Shown piece after piece: positions 43,646 through 50,062 of a DNA stretch of 50,062 nt. The DNA is from an uncultured Elusimicrobiaceae bacterium. Lineage in GTDB: Bacteria; Elusimicrobiota; Elusimicrobia; Elusimicrobiales; UBA9959. Position 1 is the stretch's first letter. The number at the start of each line of letters is the position of its first letter. The stretch covers positions 1-50,062 of the forward strand of contig CAZHQC010000002.1 in the NCBI GenBank assembly GCA_964534135.1. The letters run 5' to 3'. Both the position numbers and the translations under genes were made by a program. The notes under the pieces are model-generated. The model made no database searches. It was not told where the DNA came from and was given only the letters and a program-made list of their open reading frames with translations.

Positions 43646-44855
43646 AAAAGCTAAAATTTCCAAAAAAGCAATAAGTGATGATATGAAAAAAGAATCACTA
43701 AATAAATGCTATGAGATAATTCTCAATTATAATTGTAACGCCAAGTGTCTTTTTTGTTCGCAGGGCTCATTTGATAAGTCTTTAAACGCCGGTTTTGATA
43801 ATATAGCCAAGAATATATATTCAGCTTATAAAATGGGTTATCGCCGGCTTGGCTTTACGGGCGGTGAGCCTTTATTGCGCGGCGATATAATAAAAATTAT
43901 TTCTTTGGCGAAATCTATCGGTTTTGATTTTATAAGAATTCAGACAAACGGGATAAAACTTGCGAATAAAAAATTCGCCGGGCAATTGGTCGAAGCCGGT
44001 CTTACTGTTTGCAAATTTTCTTTTTTAAGTGATAAGGCCAAGGTTCATGATGAATTGGTGGGCGTAAAGGGAGCTTGGAAAAAAGCAATGCTTGGCTTGA
44101 AAAATTTAAAAAGCCAGAAAGTAAGAGTTGGGACCAATATACTTATCAATAAATATAATTTTAACCGCCTTGATGAGATAATATATTATTTCCTTGAAAA
44201 GGGAATAAGCAATTTTGTGATGATTTATCCCATGTATATAGGAAGCATGAAAGCTAATCATTTAAAAATCGGCGTTTCTCTGCCTAAGGCAAAAAAATAT
44301 TTTATAAGCGCCATTAAAGTTATGAAAAAGGCGGGCTTGCCCGATGAAATCCTTTTTTTAAATGTGCCTCCTTGTTTTTTGAAGGGCTATGAATCCTTAT
44401 CCATAGGACTTGAGAATTTTAATACTTTAGTTACCGATCCCAGCGGCATTAAAACCGATTTGGATGAAAACGCGGACAAGGCCAAAGTCCGCATTCCGTT
44501 GTGCCGGACTTGCGTTTTTAAGAAAAAATGTTCGGGCATAGACAAAAATTATATTGATATATGGGGCCTGCCAAAATTTATTTCTCAGGAAAAAAAGAAA
44601 AAAACATCTGCACTTGGCGAAAAAGTATTTTTCTCCGACAATGAAAGATGTTTTATTGAAATACTCAAAAGCAAAGTTCCCGCTTCAACGGCTGAGGTAT
44701 TGAAGTTGGCGAAAAATATAATTTTATGTCGTGATTGTTCGGACGGCAATGCCGTTATAGTTGCCGCTGAAAGTCTTATAAAGAAAAAAATTGTCGAGAA
44801 AATTTTTAAAAAAGGGCGCTATTATTGGACACTTAAAAGCGCTGGGAAAAAGTAA
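43638..44855 (+). CDS. radical SAM protein, C-type paralog 5, with a ~90-aa winged-helix-like C-terminal extension
   Basis: CNAKCLFCSQ, FTGGEPLLR, NVPPCFLKGYE, CRTCVFKKKCSGIDKNYIDIWG. The extension is ERCFIEILKSKVPASTAEVLKLAKNI....VIVAAESLIKKKIVEKIFKKGRYYWTL. Confidence 0.7.
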   Translation: MIKKAKISKKAISDDMKKESLNKCYEIILNYNCNAKCLFCSQGSFDKSLNAGFDNIAKNIYSAYKMGYRRLGFTGGEPLLRGDIIKIISLAKSIGFDFIRIQTNGIKLANKKFAGQLVEAGLTVCKFSFLSDKAKVHDELVGVKGAWKKAMLGLKNLKSQKVRVGTNILINKYNFNRLDEIIYYFLEKGISNFVMIYPMYIGSMKANHLKIGVSLPKAKKYFISAIKVMKKAGLPDEILFLNVPPCFLKGYESLSIGLENFNTLVTDPSGIKTDLDENADKAKVRIPLCRTCVFKKKCSGIDKNYIDIWGLPKFISQEKKKKTSALGEKVFFSDNERCFIEILKSKVPASTAEVLKLAKNIILCRDCSDGNAVIVAAESLIKKKIVEKIFKKGRYYWTLKSAGKK

Positions 44856-45701
44856 ATGGCTTTATTGCGTATTATTCATACTTGTAATCAAGATTGCGTG
44901 TTTTGTTCTTATCTTGGGAAAAACGCGAAGAATAAAAAATATGATTTTAAGGAATATTCTCTTGAAATAATTAAATCCAAAGACAAACTTATCCAGATAT
45001 CCGGCGGGGAGCCGTTTCTTTTGGGTGGAATAAATCTCTTAAAGCTGGTTCTTTTTGCTGTTAAAAATAATAAGAAAGTGGAGATACAAAGCAATGCTTC
45101 CCTTATTAAGGATATCTCTTTAGATATTTTAAAAAAATTGATTAAGGCGGTTAATTTATCGAAAGGTTACTTTAATATTAATCTTTCAGCGGCAGATGTT
45201 ATTACGGACGAAAGAGTAGCTGGCGCGAAAAATATATTCGCGGATAAAATAAAAGGCATAAAATTATTATATACGCTTGGCGCTGATATAAGATTGACTT
45301 ATATTATTTGCAGATCGAATTATAAACAAACTCCTGAATTTGTAAATTTTATACTCAAAGAATTTCCCGGCATTAAGTGGGTGCAATTTAGTTTTGTTAA
45401 GGCCATGGGAAAAGCTTTAACTAAGAAAATAGTTCCCAAATATCGGACTGTAAAAAAATATATTATTAAAGCGGCTTCGCTTTGTGAAAAAAATAAAATA
45501 ATGTGTGAAATAGATCATATTCCGTTATGTATGCTGGGCTCTTATTATCGTTTTAACGTTGATATAGGAAAAATAAATGAAAATAAAAACGGTTTACATA
45601 GGCAAGAGAAAACGCATATAAAAAGATGCTTAAAATGTAAATATGTTAATATTTGCTCGGGACCGAGAAAAGATTATCTTAAAATATACGGAGATTTATA
45701 A
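44856..45701 (+). CDS. radical SAM protein, C-type paralog 6
   Basis: CNQDCVFCSY, ISGGEPFLL, HIPLCMLGSYY, CLKCKYVNICSGPRKDYLKIYG. Confidence 0.7.
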   Translation: MALLRIIHTCNQDCVFCSYLGKNAKNKKYDFKEYSLEIIKSKDKLIQISGGEPFLLGGINLLKLVLFAVKNNKKVEIQSNASLIKDISLDILKKLIKAVNLSKGYFNINLSAADVITDERVAGAKNIFADKIKGIKLLYTLGADIRLTYIICRSNYKQTPEFVNFILKEFPGIKWVQFSFVKAMGKALTKKIVPKYRTVKKYIIKAASLCEKNKIMCEIDHIPLCMLGSYYRFNVDIGKINENKNGLHRQEKTHIKRCLKCKYVNICSGPRKDYLKIYGDL

Positions 45702-46954
45702 TGAGGGGCGCAAAAAATATTTTGCCTTTAAAAAAGGAATTTCCCGCATTAAAGCGCAGGATTTCAAAAAAAGCGATAGTTTATCTTGATAGCGCTTGCA
45801 CCGCTTTAAAAATGAAATCAGCGGCTCGCGAGCAGAGCGATTTCTTGCTTGAATCCGGAGCTTGCGCCGGCAAAAGATCCGTTCATTTGCTTAGCCGCGA
45901 AGTGGAAAATAAAATTTGCGCGGCGCGTAAAGCCATTGCTTCATTTATCGGAGCGGATAGCTTGGACGAAATAGTTTTTACAAGCGGAACAACTGAAAGC
46001 GCCAATATCGCGGCCGCAAGTTTTCCTTTTAAAAAAGGAGCCGAAGTTATCCTATCTCCTTTAGAGCATAATAGTGTTTTTCTCCCGTTTTATCGTTTAG
46101 CTGGAGAAGGCAAAATAAAGCTTAAAATTATTCCGCTTAAGAATTTTAAACCGGATTTTAACGTTTATAAAAAAATGCTTAATTCTAAAACGGCTCTTGT
46201 TTGCATAACTCATGCTTCCAATATTTTTGGCGGTATTGTGGATATCAAAAAATTTATAAATGCCGCTCATAAGAAAGGGGCCAAAGTTTTTATTGATGAC
46301 GCTCAGTATATCCCTTCGCATAAAGAAAATGTCAGCGCTTTGAATGCGGATATGCTGGCTTTTTCAGGTCATAAAATGGGCGCTCCTTTTGGCACCGGGA
46401 TTTTATATATTAAGAGAAGTCTTTTTAAATTTTTAAAATCTTCAAAGTTGGGTGGGGGAACTATTAAGGAAATAGTTCTTGAAGATGGCCTATATAGAGT
46501 TTGTTTTCTTGAAAATAATTTGGCTTATGAAGCCGGTATTCAGAACTATTCCGGTATTGCGGCGCTTAAAAAATCTTTTGAATTATTACATGAAATCGGC
46601 TATGAAAATATAAGGAAGCACCTTCAAGAGATTGTTGAATATGCTTATGCGAAACTTTCGTCTTTTAAAGAAATAAAAATTATAGGCAATCAGAGAGATT
46701 TGTCAAAAGGAAGTCTTATATCTTTTGTATGTGAAAATCCTAAATTTTCCATTATTGATTTTAATCTTTTCTTGCAGGAATATTCGGCTAAATATTTTGT
46801 GGCTGTAAGATGTGGCCGACATTGCGCGGATTTAGCTATTTTAAATTCGGATATAAAATCTACGGTTAGATTGTCATTTTTTATTTATAGCTCAAAGCGC
46901 GATATTGATGTTTTTTACCGGGCCTTAATTCTTTATCTAAAATCTTTTTCATGA
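45701..46954 (+). CDS. class V aminotransferase / cysteine desulfurase (SufS/NifS-like)
   Basis: TAATG overlap with the upstream gene. HASNIFGG, DDAQY, PLP-lysine context FSGHKMGAPFGTGILYI, and catalytic-Cys context RCGRHCA. Confidence 0.75.
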   Translation: MRGAKNILPLKKEFPALKRRISKKAIVYLDSACTALKMKSAAREQSDFLLESGACAGKRSVHLLSREVENKICAARKAIASFIGADSLDEIVFTSGTTESANIAAASFPFKKGAEVILSPLEHNSVFLPFYRLAGEGKIKLKIIPLKNFKPDFNVYKKMLNSKTALVCITHASNIFGGIVDIKKFINAAHKKGAKVFIDDAQYIPSHKENVSALNADMLAFSGHKMGAPFGTGILYIKRSLFKFLKSSKLGGGTIKEIVLEDGLYRVCFLENNLAYEAGIQNYSGIAALKKSFELLHEIGYENIRKHLQEIVEYAYAKLSSFKEIKIIGNQRDLSKGSLISFVCENPKFSIIDFNLFLQEYSAKYFVAVRCGRHCADLAILNSDIKSTVRLSFFIYSSKRDIDVFYRALILYLKSFS

Positions 46955-47874
46955 AAAAAAAATCCATTAATGACGCGGAACCCAATCTTTTTCTGACTGC
47001 CGAATGCAATCAGAATTGTATTTTTTGTTCGGCCAAGGGGGAAGATAGGAGTATGACAAAAAAGGAGCTTTCAGCCTGCCTCGCTTTGGGTTATAAATCG
47101 CTTGCTTTTGAAGGCGGCGAGCCTCTTATGAGTAAAGATTTAATATATTGGACTGAGCGCGCAAAAAAAAGTGGGGCGGATGAAATTATATTGCTTACAA
47201 ACGGGCTTTTGCTTACAGAGAATAAATTGAAGCTTTTAATACAAAAGGGAATAACCAAATTTGAATTTAATTTACCGTCTCATATAGTGAAACTTCATGA
47301 TACCTTGACCGGGTCAAAAAAGCAATTTCCAAAGAGAATAAGGGCGATTAAAAGGACGCTTAAATATATCAAAGACGGAGTAATAATAACTTTTGTTTTA
47401 AACGCCTTAAACTATAAAACCTTGCCTGCCTATATTAATTTTATAGCGAAAGAATTTCCTGGAACATTTTTTATAGCTTTAAATTTCATTAAAATAAAAG
47501 GGCTTGTTAAAAAAAGAAAATATCTTGTGCCAAAATTAAGCGAAACGAAGTTTTATATTCTTAAAGCTTTGGAAAAGGCCAAAAAAATGCATATGCCGAT
47601 TATATTGGATGGTTTTCCTTTATGCGTTTTAGACGGTTATGAGGAATATTCCAGAGATATCGACAGAATTATTAAAAGCGATAAGTCTTATCTGGGAGAG
47701 AAAAAGCATATAAAAAAATGTTTAAAATGCTCTTTAAAAGATATCTGCGCGGGGCCAAGAAAAGATTATTTGAACTTATTTGGAGATAAAGAGATTTCAG
47801 CTTCATCAAAAAAAATCGCGCCCATAATAAATAAAGTAAAAAAAGGCCAACTGCGATTGAATATTAAAGCTTAG
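46951..47874 (+). CDS. radical SAM protein, C-type paralog 7
   Basis: ATGA overlap with the upstream gene. CNQNCIFCSA, FEGGEPLMS, GFPLCVLDGYE, CLKCSLKDICAGPRKDYLNLFG. Confidence 0.7.
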   Translation: MKKKSINDAEPNLFLTAECNQNCIFCSAKGEDRSMTKKELSACLALGYKSLAFEGGEPLMSKDLIYWTERAKKSGADEIILLTNGLLLTENKLKLLIQKGITKFEFNLPSHIVKLHDTLTGSKKQFPKRIRAIKRTLKYIKDGVIITFVLNALNYKTLPAYINFIAKEFPGTFFIALNFIKIKGLVKKRKYLVPKLSETKFYILKALEKAKKMHMPIILDGFPLCVLDGYEEYSRDIDRIIKSDKSYLGEKKHIKKCLKCSLKDICAGPRKDYLNLFGDKEISASSKKIAPIINKVKKGQLRLNIKA

Positions 47875-49264
47875 GTAAATTTTTAGCTTGCTTGGAGTAA
47901 TTTATAATTATCTCAGGTTGAAAAAAAACTTTCCTTATCACACTCCATTGAGTCCTTTCCATTTTAATTGATTTCTTATCAACAAAAACTCCCTGATTTT
48001 TTAATTCATCCAATTCAAGCGGGAATATTGCGGCTAAGTCCTTTTTAAAAGTTTTTTTAAAATCTTTAAATAATAAAATGGCGGGTTCAAAGTTTAAGCT
48101 TTCAAGAATAAAATAAATCATTTCATCTTTTATTGAAGTTTGAATGCCTTTTTTTGCAGGCAATATTTCCAAAGCCAGGTCTTTTCTGTATTGAGCCCAA
48201 TTAATTGTGTTTATATATCTGAGATGGCTCCAGGCGCGTGAAACTGAACCTATGCCTATGCCGAGAAGAGATTTTTTGTTTTTTAAATCCGAGGTCTGAT
48301 AATTTTTTGATTTTAAAGTAAGTCCCACCGAATCGGAATCTAATTTTTTATAACCCATTTTAAATAAAATTTTAAAGCCTTCTTCCTGGAGTTTTTTTAT
48401 TTTTTTTTCATTTATGGGTTTTCCGCCTTTCATGGAATAGATGGTATAAGGCGTGGTGGAAAAAATATTCAAATGTATTTGGTCGGGTTTTAAGGAAGCC
48501 ACGGTTTTTAAATCATGAATAAAACTTTCATCGCTTTGATTGGGAAGACCACAAATTAAATCGACATTGATTTTATTGATTCCCATTTTTTGAGCTAACT
48601 TATATGTTTGTTCAAAGGAATCATCTTTTTGAGTTCTTTGAACTTTATGCAGGGTTTCTTGGTTCATCGTTTGCACGCCGATACAGAGTCTGTTAATTCC
48701 GTTCTTTTTAAAAGCTTTAATTTCTTTTAAGCCTATTTCAGGACTTATTTCCATTAACATTTGCGCTTTATTTTTAAATTTAAAATTCTTTCTAAGAAGG
48801 GTAAAAAATTTCTCTATTTGTTTTAGATTCATCATGGAGGGGGTTCCTCCGCCTATATAGAGAGAGTTGAAATTTCTTTTTTTAAAAATGGGAGTAAGCA
48901 AGGCTATTTCTTTTTCTAGGTAGTTCAAATAGGTGTCAAAGGCCTTATCTATATGTTGTCTCTTGTGTCCGGTGCAAATTACGGGCAGAAAGCAAAAGGC
49001 GCATTTTACTTTACAGAAAGGCACATTTATAAATAAATCAATATTTCCTTTATCCTTTGAGACAGCTGTCCATGCATTAATTACGGCTTTGTTTTTTTTC
49101 TCTAAATTAGGCCAGGACCCAAAGGGAGGATATTGCTGGGTATAACCCGTATAATCCAATTTTTGTAAATTGCTTAATATTTTAGCGAACAAAACGCCTG
49201 AACATTTTATCATAAGTATTTCTCTAAAGAATGGTTCCCAGTATTTTATAAATATTATACTCAA
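47864..49264 (-). CDS. HemN/HemW-like radical SAM protein (coproporphyrinogen-III-oxidase family)
   Basis: FCKVKCAFCF (CX3CX2C), LYIGGGTPSMM, and a HemN-type C-terminal domain. Its 3' end overlaps the last forward radical SAM gene by 11 nt. The true start may be an internal Met. Confidence 0.6.
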   Translation of the reverse strand: MSIIFIKYWEPFFREILMIKCSGVLFAKILSNLQKLDYTGYTQQYPPFGSWPNLEKKNKAVINAWTAVSKDKGNIDLFINVPFCKVKCAFCFLPVICTGHKRQHIDKAFDTYLNYLEKEIALLTPIFKKRNFNSLYIGGGTPSMMNLKQIEKFFTLLRKNFKFKNKAQMLMEISPEIGLKEIKAFKKNGINRLCIGVQTMNQETLHKVQRTQKDDSFEQTYKLAQKMGINKINVDLICGLPNQSDESFIHDLKTVASLKPDQIHLNIFSTTPYTIYSMKGGKPINEKKIKKLQEEGFKILFKMGYKKLDSDSVGLTLKSKNYQTSDLKNKKSLLGIGIGSVSRAWSHLRYINTINWAQYRKDLALEILPAKKGIQTSIKDEMIYFILESLNFEPAILLFKDFKKTFKKDLAAIFPLELDELKNQGVFVDKKSIKMERTQWSVIRKVFFQPEIIINYSKQAKNLPKL

Positions 49265-49454
49265 ATCTAAGGCTTTGAGAGATAAATTTTATAGCGGCGA
49301 AAGTATTTGTTTTAATGAAAACCCTTTGATTTTAGCTTGGAACTCGTTATAATAGTAATAGAGACGTTAGGGTTTATTTAACTTTTTAATAGGTTCTTTC
49401 ACCGGTTAATTTCAAACAAACTTAATTTAAAATTGATTACTTAAAGGAGAATAT

Positions 49455-50062
49455 ATGATAGATGCAAAAAAGATAAATGCCGCTGTAAAAAAACAGGAAA
49501 AAAATATAGTTAATTTTGCCAGGGATTTAGTGAGAATTCCAAGTTTTTCAGGTCAGGAAGGAAATCTTGTTAAAAGAGTTGCCAAGGAAATGAAAAAGGT
49601 CGGTTTTGACAAAATAAAAATAGATAAAATGGGTAATATCGTAGGTTTTATAGGCAAGGGAAAGAAAAAAATAATGATGGATGCGCATTTGGATGTTGTT
49701 GGGGTGGGAGATAGAGCCGCTTGGAAGATAGATCCTTTTGCCGCGGTTTTCAAAAACAATACTATTTATGGAAGAGGCGCTACCGATCAAAAGTTATCAA
49801 TGGCTTCCATGGTGTATGCGGGAAAACTCATAAAGGATCTTAAACTTTATAATGATTTTACTTTGATGATAGTTGGTTCCTGCCAGGAAGAAGATTGTGA
49901 CGGACTTCCCTTGCTTCACATAATCAATAAAGAAAAAATAAAGCCTGATTATGTTGTTTTAACCGAACCCACCAATCTTGCCGTTTATAGAGGACATAGA
50001 GGAAGAATGGAAATGAAGGTTGTAGTTAAGGGGAAATCCTGCCATGCTTCAGCTCCCGAGCG
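49455..50062 (+). CDS. M20-family metallohydrolase (ArgE/DapE/YgeY-like), 3'-truncated by the window edge
   Basis: Absent from the ORF track because no stop falls in the window. AAGGAG RBS. My translation is MIDAKKINAAVKKQEKNIVNFARDLVRIPSFSGQEGNLV...MMDAHLDVVGVGD...GRGATDQK...CQEEDCDG...GHRGRMEM. These are typical M20 metal-binding blocks. Confidence 0.7.
   Translation, partial: MIDAKKINAAVKKQEKNIVNFARDLVRIPSFSGQEGNLVKRVAKEMKKVGFDKIKIDKMGNIVGFIGKGKKKIMMDAHLDVVGVGDRAAWKIDPFAAVFKNNTIYGRGATDQKLSMASMVYAGKLIKDLKLYNDFTLMIVGSCQEEDCDGLPLLHIINKEKIKPDYVVLTEPTNLAVYRGHRGRMEMKVVVKGKSCHASAPE

Noticed and set aside
93-49790. Numerous 60-130-aa antisense or overlapping ORFs in the track (e.g. 93..446-, 2221..2514-, 4280..4576-, 4719..5075-, 6971..7282+, 11536..11874+, 16128..16457+, 17032..17328+, 18048..18404-, 20801..21133-, 27547..27855-, 28697..29033-, 32214..33080-, 42664..42990-, 49548..49790-)
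   Set aside because: Each lies wholly inside or opposite a longer ORF with clear family motifs. They are low-complexity or hydrophobic shadows typical of AT-rich DNA.

Overview
Low-GC window from a diderm bacterium, since lipid A, Skp and BamA genes are present. The lineage cannot be assigned from the sequence alone. I recognised no rRNA, tRNA or CRISPR array.

Layout:
(i) 1-8.8 kb is a decayed, rearranged accessory patch. It holds an SH3b protein, IS3-type transposase and thermonuclease relics, two tandem Sel1-repeat lipoproteins, a frameshifted beta-lactamase-superfamily gene and a PhoU-like gene. A histidine kinase/receiver pair there is bracketed by a 251-bp direct repeat.
(ii) 8.8-17.9 kb is a minus-strand envelope operon: inositol-1-phosphate synthase, bamA, skp, lpxD, lpxC, fabZ, lpxA, lpxI. 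A structured leader occludes the fabZ ribosome-binding site.
(iii) 18.1-28.4 kb carries a carbamoyltransferase with SxtK-like and SxtJ-like small membrane proteins, a GC-rich structured non-coding island, an SGNH-TPR protein, PIN-PhoH, a nucleotidyltransferase, a GT2, and a large polytopic TPR protein.
(iv) 28.5-49.3 kb is the standout. It is a greatly expanded His-Xaa-Ser (Hxs-type) RiPP-like operon.

The Hxs-type operon contains:
- a 121-aa precursor with 18 consecutive H-x-S triplets (14 are HGS), followed by a strong hairpin;
- 12 co-directional, tightly coupled radical SAM genes: three HxsB-like SPASM enzymes, seven paralogs of a ~300-aa family with a C-terminal CxxCx5CxG motif, and two of a third type;
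- two HxsD-like small proteins;
- a Cys-rich exported protein;
- a prepilin-peptidase (A24)-like membrane protein;
- a dedicated class V cysteine desulfurase;
- a convergent HemN-like radical SAM gene, the 13th in about 20 kb.

The Hxs family is known to me only as a comparative-genomics definition. This expanded architecture, and the Flp-prepilin-like leader on the precursor, look undescribed.
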